From NCBI GenBank assembly GCA_046046195.1, contig JBJOKH010000010.1:2837-66836 (forward strand): 64,000 bases of DNA, written 5' to 3'. The notes beneath the pieces are model-generated. The model worked only from the letters and a program-made list of their open reading frames with translations. It made no database searches and was not told the origin of the DNA. This stretch comes from Actinomycetota bacterium. Its GTDB lineage: Bacteria; Actinomycetota; Actinomycetes; Actinomycetales; Microbacteriaceae. Below, piece after piece: positions 55,680 to 64,000 of this stretch (the first letter of the stretch is position 1; every line of letters starts with the position of its first letter). The translations under genes were made by a program, and so were the position numbers.

Positions 55680-56810
55680 CTACTTACCTTCGGGCTTCGC
55701 CTCAGGAAGGTCGGCAAGGCCGAAGGTGTGTTCAACCTTCCAGCTAACCCAAACCTTGGCGCCCAATTCAGTCACTGGAGACTTTCCAATGTTTTGGGCA
55801 AACACCGTGACTTCACCGAGATTCGGAATATCAATTAGGTATTGGTTGCTCACACCGGTGAACCTGATGTCGATGATTTCACCTGGTCCAACAACGTTGA
55901 GCCCGGCGTCGGCCTTGGGTTCTGAATCTTCGTGGAAGAAGGCCTTTTCTGGACGAACACCAAGGGCTATCTTCCCGGTTGTTTTCTCGGCGCGGTTGGT
56001 CGGGACCTTAATCTGACGCCCGCCAACACTAATGCTTACCGAGTCGCCCGATGATTCGACGACGTCTCCAACAAAGATGTTCGACTGTCCTAGGAACTTA
56101 GAAACGAACAAGGTCTTCGGTCTCTCGTAAAGAGCCTCCGGCGCACCCATCTGCTCGATACGCCCCTTGTTCATAACCGCGACGGTGTCGGCCATGTCCA
56201 TGGCCTCTTCCTGGTCGTGGGTTACGTGCAAGAAGGTAAGCCCAACTTCCATCTGGATAGCCTTTAGCTCAACCTGCATCTGACGGCGTAGCTTTAGATC
56301 AAGTGCACCAAGTGGCTCATCCAAAAGCAACAGTGAAGGTCGGTTCACAAGTGCTCTTGCAAGAGCAACACGCTGCTGCTGACCGCCAGAGAGTTGAGTT
56401 GGTCTGCGCTCTGCGAGGTGCTCTAGTTCAACCAGCTTTAATGCCTCAGTTGCCTTGGGAAGCGGGTTGTCGATTTTTCTCTGACGAAGACCAAACGCCA
56501 CGTTCTCAAGAACTGACATGTGAGGGAACAGAGCGTAGTTCTGGAAAACGGTGTTAACTGGTCGCTCGTGAGGCTTGGTGTTGGTCACGTCTGCGTTGCC
56601 GATCAAGATTTTTCCCTTGGTGGGTGAATCAAGACCTGCAACAAGCCGCAGAGTTGTAGTTTTACCGCAGCCAGAAGGACCTAAGAGCGCGAAGAATTCA
56701 CCTGCAGGAATCTTGAGGTCAAGATTTTCAATCGCAACGAAACCTGGATACTCTTTCCTGATTCCGACTAACTCTAGATCGGCCCCGCGGGCAACGAACT
56801 CGGTCGCCAA
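55680..56810 (-). CDS. potA: Polyamine ABC transporter ATPase (PotA-like)
   Basis: GPSGCGKT, VFQNYALFPH, LSGGQ, DEPLGALD, TOBE domain. Confidence 0.9.
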   Translation of the reverse strand: MATEFVARGADLELVGIRKEYPGFVAIENLDLKIPAGEFFALLGPSGCGKTTTLRLVAGLDSPTKGKILIGNADVTNTKPHERPVNTVFQNYALFPHMSVLENVAFGLRQRKIDNPLPKATEALKLVELEHLAERRPTQLSGGQQQRVALARALVNRPSLLLLDEPLGALDLKLRRQMQVELKAIQMEVGLTFLHVTHDQEEAMDMADTVAVMNKGRIEQMGAPEALYERPKTLFVSKFLGQSNIFVGDVVESSGDSVSISVGGRQIKVPTNRAEKTTGKIALGVRPEKAFFHEDSEPKADAGLNVVGPGEIIDIRFTGVSNQYLIDIPNLGEVTVFAQNIGKSPVTELGAKVWVSWKVEHTFGLADLPEAKPEGK

Positions 56811-58067
56811 CTAAGCGCCCAGCTGAACTCTGCCCCAAGCCGTAGCGAATGACTGCTCTTCTTCAGCGGTCAATGCACGGAATGCGTGAGTGAGGGAAAG
56901 GAACTGCTCGTCTGGGAAGATTAGCTTGTTCTCGGCTAGTTCAGGATCAATCTTGATTGCCTCGTCGTAGGCTCCAACTACAGGTGTGATGTAGTTCACC
57001 CAAGCAGCTAGTTCAGCAGCGTTCTTCGGGTCGTAGTAGTAGTTGATTAGAGCTTCAGCGTTCTTCTTGTGGGTTGCACCCATTGGAACGGTGAATACGT
57101 CAGCAGAGATGGTTCCACCGGACTCAGGCAGGAAGAAGCCGTACTTCTCAAATCCTGCGCTGAAGTTCATCTGGATAACGTCACCGGACCAAACGATTCC
57201 AGCTGCGTACTCGTCATTCGCAAAACCGTCCATGTACTCGTTTCCAGCGAAGGCCTTGATCTTGCCGTCTGCGTACAAAGCAGCAATGTCATCGATTACG
57301 CCATTGAATGCATCTTCGGTGAATGATGAATCGCTAGCGATGTCTAGGCCCTTGGCCAATGCAATAACGCCAACGGAGTCTCTCATTTCAGAAAGAAGAA
57401 CAATGCGACCGTTTAGTCCATCAAGCCAAAGGTCGTCAACGCTTTCTGGAGCATCCTTACCGGTTAGCTCCTTGAAAAGCTCCTTGTTGTATGCAATTCC
57501 GCCCAAGATGCCCTGGTAAGGAACTGTGAAGTCACGGTTTGCATCGTAAGCTGCGCCTAGGTAAGCAGGAGCAATGTTCTTGTGGTTTGGGATGTTTGCA
57601 GTGTCAAGTTTCTGAACCTGACCATCGCGAACCAAACGTGCAGCTAGCCACTCGGTTGGGCAGATAAGGTCGGCTCCAACATCTTTTCCTGCAATAAGTT
57701 CGTTTCTGTTGATTCCGTACCACTCGTCGTTGTCGTTGTATTCCTCAAGATACTCAACCTTGATTCCCGACTCTGCTTCAAATCTTTCTAGGGTAGGGCG
57801 TGACAATTCGTCTTCTGATAGGTCCATGTATCCTGGCCAATTGTTCCAGACCAAAACCTTCTCTGAATCTGAAAGATCGGTTGCTGGAACCAGGGCCGCT
57901 GATGTTCCTCCGCCATTACCTGCTGGAGCACATGCTGCCAAACCAAGAGCAGCTGCAGTACCTGCAGCACCTGCAAGGGCAGTTCTTCTAGTTAGCTGTT
58001 GACGTCTAGCCATCTTGACTAGCTCTGCCATCATCGGGTCGTTTGGAAGTGAGTTTGGGTCTCTCAT
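56811..58067 (-). CDS. potD: Polyamine-binding Tat lipoprotein (PotD/PotF-like)
   Basis: TRRTAL twin-Arg plus LAAC lipobox, NW..Y, WSGD, VNYITPV. Confidence 0.87.
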   Translation of the reverse strand: MRDPNSLPNDPMMAELVKMARRQQLTRRTALAGAAGTAAALGLAACAPAGNGGGTSAALVPATDLSDSEKVLVWNNWPGYMDLSEDELSRPTLERFEAESGIKVEYLEEYNDNDEWYGINRNELIAGKDVGADLICPTEWLAARLVRDGQVQKLDTANIPNHKNIAPAYLGAAYDANRDFTVPYQGILGGIAYNKELFKELTGKDAPESVDDLWLDGLNGRIVLLSEMRDSVGVIALAKGLDIASDSSFTEDAFNGVIDDIAALYADGKIKAFAGNEYMDGFANDEYAAGIVWSGDVIQMNFSAGFEKYGFFLPESGGTISADVFTVPMGATHKKNAEALINYYYDPKNAAELAAWVNYITPVVGAYDEAIKIDPELAENKLIFPDEQFLSLTHAFRALTAEEEQSFATAWGRVQLGA

Positions 58068-58312
58068 GGACTACTCCTATTTACATCGATCGGAAACAAG
58101 GTAGGAGACCCATCAGAACTGGGACTCTTCAGCATTTATCTTGCCATAAATAAAGCAGCCCCTTGGCCAAAAAAGGCCAAAACCGACACCGCGTGCCAAG
58201 CGGTGTTGCTGAGAATTTGCTCAGAGGCTTAAGCCCCTGCCGAGGACCTGGAGGAACGAGTATTGTTTATGGGGGCCCAAAGGCCCTCACGAACTAGCCC
58301 CGGGGAGTTTCA

Positions 58313-59428
58313 ATGAAGATCTCAATTCCTAAAGAGGTCAAGAACAACGAATTCAGAGTTGCCATCACACCAGCTGGAGTTCACGAACTGGTCGCTTCAG
58401 GCCACGAACTCTTCGTTGAGACCGGAGCTGGAGTTGGATCTTCCATCCCTGACTCGGAGTACCAAGAAGCTGGGGCAACGATCACCAAGGACGCCGCTTC
58501 AACTTGGGCCGCAGGTGACCTGGTTCTAAAGGTTAAGGAACCAATCGAATCCGAGTACGGCCACCTACGACCTGGTCTGACACTTTTTACTTACCTTCAC
58601 TTAGCAGCTGATTTGCCCCTAACCAAGGAACTGGTTACTAAAAAGGTAACTGCTATCGCCTACGAGACAGTTCAGTTGCCATCTCGTCAACTGCCGCTGC
58701 TAGCCCCGATGTCTGAGGTTGCAGGACGCCTGGCTCCTTTGGTTGGCGCCAACACCTTGCTTCGTCAAAACGGCGGCAACGGAATGCTGCTTGGCGGAGT
58801 TCCTGGAACCAGGCCTGCCAGAGTATGCGTTCTTGGCGGTGGCGTGGCTGGAACTAACTCGATTGCAGTAGCAGTTGGAATGGGTGCTGAAGTTACTGTT
58901 TTGGATACCAACTTAAACCGACTTAGAGAACTTGATGCACTTTACGCCGGACGACTCAGGACTATCGCAAGCAACAGCTTTGAGATCGAGCGTGCTGTGA
59001 AGGATGCCGACTTGGTGATTGGATCTGTTTTGATCCCAGGAGCCAAGGCACCAAAGCTTGTCACCAACGAGCTAGTAAAGAAGATGAAGCCTGGAGCAGT
59101 TCTGGTTGACATCGCCATTGATCAGGGTGGTTGCTTCGAAGACTCAAAGCCAACAACTCACGCTAATCCAACCTTCAAGGTTCACGACACTGTCTTCTAC
59201 TGTGTAGCTAACATGCCAGGAGCTGTCCCTCACACCTCCACCTACGCGCTCACCAACGCAACCCTTCCATACGTGAAAGCAATTGCGAAGTTGGGTTGGA
59301 AGAAGGCGCTGCAGGAAGATCCTTCTCTGGCTCTGGGCCTGAATACATTTGACGGAGAAATTGTGAACGAGCCGGTTGCACTGGCTCATCAGCTCCAGTC
59401 GAAGCCGCTGGCTTCGGTGTTGGCGTAA
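58313..59428 (+). CDS. ald: Alanine dehydrogenase
   Basis: PKEVKNNEFRV, KVKEP, FTYLHLAA, PMSEVAGR, IDQGGCFE, ANMPGAV. Confidence 0.97.
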   Translation: MKISIPKEVKNNEFRVAITPAGVHELVASGHELFVETGAGVGSSIPDSEYQEAGATITKDAASTWAAGDLVLKVKEPIESEYGHLRPGLTLFTYLHLAADLPLTKELVTKKVTAIAYETVQLPSRQLPLLAPMSEVAGRLAPLVGANTLLRQNGGNGMLLGGVPGTRPARVCVLGGGVAGTNSIAVAVGMGAEVTVLDTNLNRLRELDALYAGRLRTIASNSFEIERAVKDADLVIGSVLIPGAKAPKLVTNELVKKMKPGAVLVDIAIDQGGCFEDSKPTTHANPTFKVHDTVFYCVANMPGAVPHTSTYALTNATLPYVKAIAKLGWKKALQEDPSLALGLNTFDGEIVNEPVALAHQLQSKPLASVLA

Positions 59429-60455
59429 ATCCGAAGGGAAAGTTAAACCCTTCGGTTGCTCGATTAGCAGCTGATAGGTATGCACTCCCCCATCCGGAAA
59501 CCGTAGCTACCGATAACTTGTTGGAATTGATGCCAAGCTGAACCAAATCAATTGGATCCGAACCAGCCATTGCTACCCTGGCCCGAAGATTTGTGAGCAT
59601 GGACCTTGGAATTCCGGTCAAACTCTGAGTTGCGCAGATCAAGTGAATGCCAAGTGAACGACCCCTGGCGCAAACATCTTCGATGCAGGAGTGAGCTTTA
59701 GAAGAACTTGCGAGAACGGCTGCAAATTCGTCGATGACCACAACAATCTCACTCATCTTGCCTTCGACCGAGTTGAATTGCTGAAGGCTTGCCACCCCTG
59801 CGTCGGCAAATAGTCTTTCCCTGTAACTTAGTTCGGCAGTTATGAAGCTCCACAGCCGCTCCTGTTCGGAAACTTCAAGGTCGGTTGCCATTCCAACCGC
59901 CTTGGACTTGAAGCCTTGAAGTGTGGCGCCGCCCTTGAAGTCAAAGAGAACAAGTTGAATTTCCTGGTTTTCAGTAAGCGACCTGAGCATTAGCTTCAGC
60001 AGTTCAGATTTGCCAGATCCGGTAGGGCCAACAACTATCAGGTGTGGTCCATCGGTTGCCAAATCCAGAATCAACTCTTTATTGTTTGCCGCTCCCAGCC
60101 AAAGCGAAAGCTTTGAAGTAGCTGTTTCGAATAGCCCGTGCTGTTTTGAGGCAAGCAGATCCGCTAAGAAGTCCGGAGCTGATTGCTTTTCGAAATGAGC
60201 AAACAAAAGCTCATGCCACTGCTTTTTCCAGAAGATTTCATATCTTGGAAGAACTCGATTCCCGATTGCGACCTGACCGTGACTCAGGTGTATCAAATCT
60301 CCGGAATCAAATTGCGGGTAACGGTTTCTTGCAATGTGAATTGTCCCCATGACCGCAACCATCAAGAGGCTAATCAGTGCCATCTGCCATTGCCCGCTGG
60401 ACAGCCCAACCGATAAGCCAATTAGGACCGACGGCAAGTACCAAAGAAGCTGCAT
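59250..60455 (-). CDS. Orphan FtsK/SpoIIIE-domain (EccC/EssC-like) ATPase with N-terminal TMs
   Basis: DGPHL..VGPTGSGKSE, DFKGG, VVVIDEFA, GRSLGIHLI.ATQ; single ATPase domain. Confidence 0.8.
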   Translation of the reverse strand: MQLLWYLPSVLIGLSVGLSSGQWQMALISLLMVAVMGTIHIARNRYPQFDSGDLIHLSHGQVAIGNRVLPRYEIFWKKQWHELLFAHFEKQSAPDFLADLLASKQHGLFETATSKLSLWLGAANNKELILDLATDGPHLIVVGPTGSGKSELLKLMLRSLTENQEIQLVLFDFKGGATLQGFKSKAVGMATDLEVSEQERLWSFITAELSYRERLFADAGVASLQQFNSVEGKMSEIVVVIDEFAAVLASSSKAHSCIEDVCARGRSLGIHLICATQSLTGIPRSMLTNLRARVAMAGSDPIDLVQLGINSNKLSVATVSGWGSAYLSAANRATEGFNFPFGFTPTPKPAASTGADEPVQPARSQFLRQMYSGPEPEKDLPAAPSSNPTSQLLSRMEGLRW

Positions 60456-60492
60456 AAAAACTAAACCTGCCTTAGAAAAAGGCAGGTTTAGT
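60456..60492 (-). terminator. Intrinsic terminator after the aminobutyraldehyde dehydrogenase gene
   Basis: 14-bp perfect inverted repeat ACTAAACCTGCCTT/AAGGCAGGTTTAGT (60460-60492) followed by a T-run on the minus strand. Confidence 0.75.
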
Positions 60493-60513
60493 AAATGATT
60501 GCGAATTTGTGGA

Positions 60514-61950
60514 TTAGCCTCCGATGTAGCTCATGACGTGCTTGATTCGGGTGTAGTCCTCAAAGCCATACATAGATAGGTCTTTTCCGTATCCTGAATG
60601 ACGGAAACCACCGTGCGGCATTTCTGCAGCAAGTGGAATGTGGGTATTGATCCAAACGCAACCAAAGTTCAAGCCCTTGCTAAAGCGCATAGCAGTGGTA
60701 TGGTCCTTGGTCCACACGCTCGAAGCCAATCCGTACTTCACGTCGTTGGCGTTTCTCATAGCCTCATCGTGGTCCTTGAACTTCTGGACGGTGATGACGG
60801 GTCCGAAAATCTCGTTCTGAATGTGCTCGTCTTGCTGCTTCAGTCCTGACAAAACAGTTGCCTCCAGGAAGTAACCTTCTGAACCAACCTGAGCGCCACC
60901 GGTTTCTAGATTCGCGTGGCTTGGCAGGCGGTCGATGAAGCCCTTGACTCGCTCGAGCTGGTTGGCGTTGTTCACAGGACCAAACAAGATGTCATCGCGG
61001 TTTGGGTTTCCGGTGATTGCGTTTGCCTTCACTTCAGCAACCAGGATCTTTAGGAACTCATCGTGCACACTTTCGTGAACCAAGATTCTGGTGGCAGCGG
61101 TGCAGTCTTGACCGGCATTGAAGTAACCGGCAACAACGATCTGAGCCGCTGCCTTCTGTAGGTCGGCGTCTGCAAAAACAATTACAGGAGCCTTGCCACC
61201 AAGTTCTAGGTGAACCTTCTTCACATCTGCCGAAGCAGCCTTGGCAACTTCCATTCCGGCTCGAACCGAACCGGTGATGGAAACCATCTGTGGGATTTCG
61301 TGCTCGATTAGAGCACGACCGGTGTCGCGGTCTCCGGTGACGACGTTGAAAACACCTGGAGGCAGGTGCTCGGCAGCAATTTCGGCAAGCAGCAGTGTTG
61401 ATGCCGGAGTGGTGTCAGAAGGCTTCAACACGATGGTGTTACCTGCAGCAAGGGCTGGGGCAAACTTCCAAACCGCCATGTTCAATGGATAGTTCCAAGG
61501 GGTCACCTGTCCAATGACACCGATTGGCTCACGACGAATTGAAGAAGTGTGGTCTCTTGCATACTCTGCAGTTGCGCGACCCTCAAGGTTTCTTGCAGCT
61601 CCAGCAAAGAATCTGATCTGGTCCACGCTCGGGTCCATCTCATACTCAACAAGAGTTGGTCTTGGCTTACCAGTGTTTTCTGACTCGACGTCGGCTGCTT
61701 CTTCGGCGCGGGCCTTTAGTGAGTCTGCAATTCTAAAAAGTGCCAGCTGACGCTCGGATGGAGTGAAGTTGCTCCAAACATCGAACGCTTTCTCGGCTGC
61801 TTTGTATGCAGCATCGACATCAGCAGCTGAGGAAACCGCTGCTGTGGCATAGGTCTGACCGGTAGCAGGGTTGATGACGTCGGAGCGCTCTGAGCCCTTG
61901 GCCTCTACATACTGACCGTTGATGAAGTTCTTGAGTTCTTTCACTGCCAT
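60514..61950 (-). CDS. Gamma-aminobutyraldehyde dehydrogenase (PatD-like)
   Basis: PWNYP, ELGGK, NAGQDCTA, EIFGP, EMPHGG..SGYGKDLS; polyamine context. Confidence 0.88.
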   Translation of the reverse strand: MAVKELKNFINGQYVEAKGSERSDVINPATGQTYATAAVSSAADVDAAYKAAEKAFDVWSNFTPSERQLALFRIADSLKARAEEAADVESENTGKPRPTLVEYEMDPSVDQIRFFAGAARNLEGRATAEYARDHTSSIRREPIGVIGQVTPWNYPLNMAVWKFAPALAAGNTIVLKPSDTTPASTLLLAEIAAEHLPPGVFNVVTGDRDTGRALIEHEIPQMVSITGSVRAGMEVAKAASADVKKVHLELGGKAPVIVFADADLQKAAAQIVVAGYFNAGQDCTAATRILVHESVHDEFLKILVAEVKANAITGNPNRDDILFGPVNNANQLERVKGFIDRLPSHANLETGGAQVGSEGYFLEATVLSGLKQQDEHIQNEIFGPVITVQKFKDHDEAMRNANDVKYGLASSVWTKDHTTAMRFSKGLNFGCVWINTHIPLAAEMPHGGFRHSGYGKDLSMYGFEDYTRIKHVMSYIGG

Positions 61951-62124
61951 TTTCTTGCTCCTTTAGAAACCAGGCACCAACACCTTTGTTGATTACCGCT
62001 ACCGAAGATTCTAACCCTCAAAAATCGGCCCAAAAAGCCAACCAGGATTGGGAATCAGTGGCCAAATGAGCTATCGGCTTCGGATTCGTTTGCTAAATGC
62101 ATCAACCGCTGGCAAAATCCATAT

Positions 62125-62598
62125 ATGTCAAGAACCGGTAGGACCCTGGTCTCGGGCCTTGACGAGCTCTCCAAGCTAATCGTGGAGCAGCTCCAGCAAG
62201 ATGGCAGAAGATCCTACGCAGACATCGGTAAGGCCGTGGGCCTTAGCGAAGCAGCCGTTAGGCAACGTGTCCAGAAGCTAACCGAAAAGGGCGTTATCCA
62301 GATTGTCGCGGTAACTGACCCCATGCAGCTTGGCTTCTATACCCAGGCGATGATCGGCATCAAGTGCAGCGGTGACACAACCGACTTGGCCGATGAGCTC
62401 TCTAAACTGCCAGAAGTTGACTACGTTGTTATTACGGCTGGAAGCTTTGACCTGCTAGCTGAAGTGGTTTGTGAGAATGACGACTCACTGATCAACTTGC
62501 TAAACAACAAGATTCGAAAGTTTCCTGGAGTCACGGCGACAGAAACTTTCGTTTACCTAAAGCTTCAAAAACAGCTATACAACTGGGGAACAAGGTAG
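62125..62598 (+). CDS. Lrp/AsnC family regulator
   Basis: LQ.DGR.SYA.IGK.VGLSEAAVRQRV HTH; YNWGTR C-terminus. Confidence 0.92.
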   Translation: MSRTGRTLVSGLDELSKLIVEQLQQDGRRSYADIGKAVGLSEAAVRQRVQKLTEKGVIQIVAVTDPMQLGFYTQAMIGIKCSGDTTDLADELSKLPEVDYVVITAGSFDLLAEVVCENDDSLINLLNNKIRKFPGVTATETFVYLKLQKQLYNWGTR

Positions 62599-62624
62599 TA
62601 CCCCAAGAAAATGGAAGATAGATA

Positions 62625-64000
62625 ATGGCAGTCGAAAGCAAAGCTAAGAAACTTGTTGCTGGGATCAAGTCCCTTCTCAAGTCTCCTCTCAAGAAAGTGA
62701 AGACCGGAACCAGGGCCAAGCTGCCGCTGGTCGCCGCTCGCAAGGCCGGCACCGAAATCTCTCCTGCCATGCTTCAGAAATCCGCCAAGGCTCACCTTTG
62801 GATGCACTTCACTCGTCACAGCACCTTTGAGAACAAGGACATGCCAATCATTGCCCGCGCCGAAGGTCACCACATCTACGACGTGAACGGCAAGAAATAC
62901 TTTGACGGCCTGTCTGGTCTGTTTTCGGTAAACGCAGGTCACGGAAGAAAGCGCTACGCGGATGCTGCCTCCAAGCAGATGCAGGAGCTGGACTTCTTCC
63001 CACTCTGGTCGTTTGCTCACCCTAGAGCAATTGAACTTGCCGAGAGACTTCTTTCTTACGCACCGGAGAACCTAAATCGCGTTTTCTTCACCACCGGTGG
63101 TGGTGAAGCAGTTGAAACAGCCTGGAAGATCGCGAAGCAGTTCTTCAAGATGACCGGCAAGCCAACCAAGCACAAAGTCATCTCGCGCCACGTGGCCTAC
63201 CACGGCACCAGCCAGGGAGCTCTTTCCATAACTGGAATCCCTGCGATGAAGAAGATGTTTGAGCCACTGGTTCCGTCAACTTTCCGCGTACCAAACACAA
63301 ACTGGTATCGCGCACCATCTCAGTTCAAGACTGAGGACGAATTCGCTCTTTGGGCTGCGAACCGTGCCGAAGAAATGATTCTGTTCGAAGATCCAGACAC
63401 CGTTGCGGCTATCTATGCGGAACCAATTCAGAACTCCGGTGGTTGCTTCACCGCTCCCCCGATCTACTGGAAGAGACTCCGCGAGATTTGCGACAAGTAT
63501 GACGTTCTGCTGGTAGCCGATGAAACCATCACCGGCTACGGAAGATCCGGAGCCATGTTTGCCTGCGAAAGGTACGGCATCGTTCCAGACATGATGGTGA
63601 CCGCTAAGGGAATCACTTCCTCCTACCAGCCACTTGGTGCGCTACTTATCACAGAGCGCCTGTTTGAGCCGTTCAAGACCGGAACCAACATCTTGGCTCA
63701 CGGCTACACCTTCGCAGCTCACCCAGTTGCTTGTGCTGTGGCACTTGAGAACTTGGACGTATTCGACGAGGAAGACCTGGTTGGCAACGTGGCTCGCAAC
63801 TCAGCCAAGTTCCGCAAGACCCTTGAGAAGCTGTATGACCTACCTATCGTTGGCAACGTTCGCGGCGATGGCTACTTCTTCGCCATCGAGCTAGTCAAAG
63901 ACAAGGCAACTAAGCAGACCTTCACCCCTGCAGAGAACGAAAAGCTACTTCGCGGCTACCTAGCCGGAGCGATGCTAAAAGAAGGCCTCTATGCCCGAGC
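62625..64000 (+). CDS. Class-III aminotransferase, probable putrescine/omega-amine--pyruvate transaminase (3' truncated)
   Basis: Manual translation from ATG 62625: ...HLWMHFTR...DGLSGLF...TTGGGEAVE..WK..YHGT..EPIQNSGG..DETITG..TAKG..HGYTF; runs off window end. Confidence 0.88.
   Translation, partial: MAVESKAKKLVAGIKSLLKSPLKKVKTGTRAKLPLVAARKAGTEISPAMLQKSAKAHLWMHFTRHSTFENKDMPIIARAEGHHIYDVNGKKYFDGLSGLFSVNAGHGRKRYADAASKQMQELDFFPLWSFAHPRAIELAERLLSYAPENLNRVFFTTGGGEAVETAWKIAKQFFKMTGKPTKHKVISRHVAYHGTSQGALSITGIPAMKKMFEPLVPSTFRVPNTNWYRAPSQFKTEDEFALWAANRAEEMILFEDPDTVAAIYAEPIQNSGGCFTAPPIYWKRLREICDKYDVLLVADETITGYGRSGAMFACERYGIVPDMMVTAKGITSSYQPLGALLITERLFEPFKTGTNILAHGYTFAAHPVACAVALENLDVFDEEDLVGNVARNSAKFRKTLEKLYDLPIVGNVRGDGYFFAIELVKDKATKQTFTPAENEKLLRGYLAGAMLKEGLYAR

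Noticed and set aside
1-64000. Numerous 60-160 aa antisense ORFs in the track; CRISPR, tRNA/rRNA, IS/integrase, prophage, recA intein
   Set aside because: The antisense ORFs mirror well-supported housekeeping genes; no repeat-spacer array, cloverleaf, transposase or intein insertion was seen by eye.

Overview
Core-genome segment of a streamlined actinobacterium with roughly 50% GC (estimated by eye). Gene order and protein sequences point to Microbacteriaceae, most plausibly the freshwater Luna-1 group (Aquiluna/Rhodoluna-like); this is an inference. Most genes are on the minus strand and tightly packed: argCJBFGH (no argD/argR), pheST, infC-rpmI-rplT, hisCBH-priA, LysM/lexA, hflX, dapF-miaA-miaB-recX-recA, clgR-cinA-pgsA-ftsK-rnj-dapA-thyX, dapB, pnp-rpsO, ribF-truB-rbfA-infB-nusA-proS, ispG-rseP-dxr. 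A polyamine/GABA uptake and catabolism cluster follows (gabT, two more class-III aminotransferases, PotABCD-like ABC transporter, ald, aminobutyraldehyde dehydrogenase, Lrp), with an orphan EccC/FtsK-like ATPase wedged inside it. No tRNA, rRNA, CRISPR or mobile element was seen. The most striking unannotated signal is the infB (IF2) leader. It carries three tiny ORFs chained by AUGA start/stop overlaps, followed at once by two mutually exclusive hairpins, one of which masks the infB Shine-Dalgarno. This is a candidate re-initiation-sensing autoregulatory switch. LexA boxes, RecA-NDp (PafBC-type) promoters, ECF-sigma promoters, many leaderless starts, an AUC start for infC and known RNA leaders (L20, S15, actino-pnp) are also visible.
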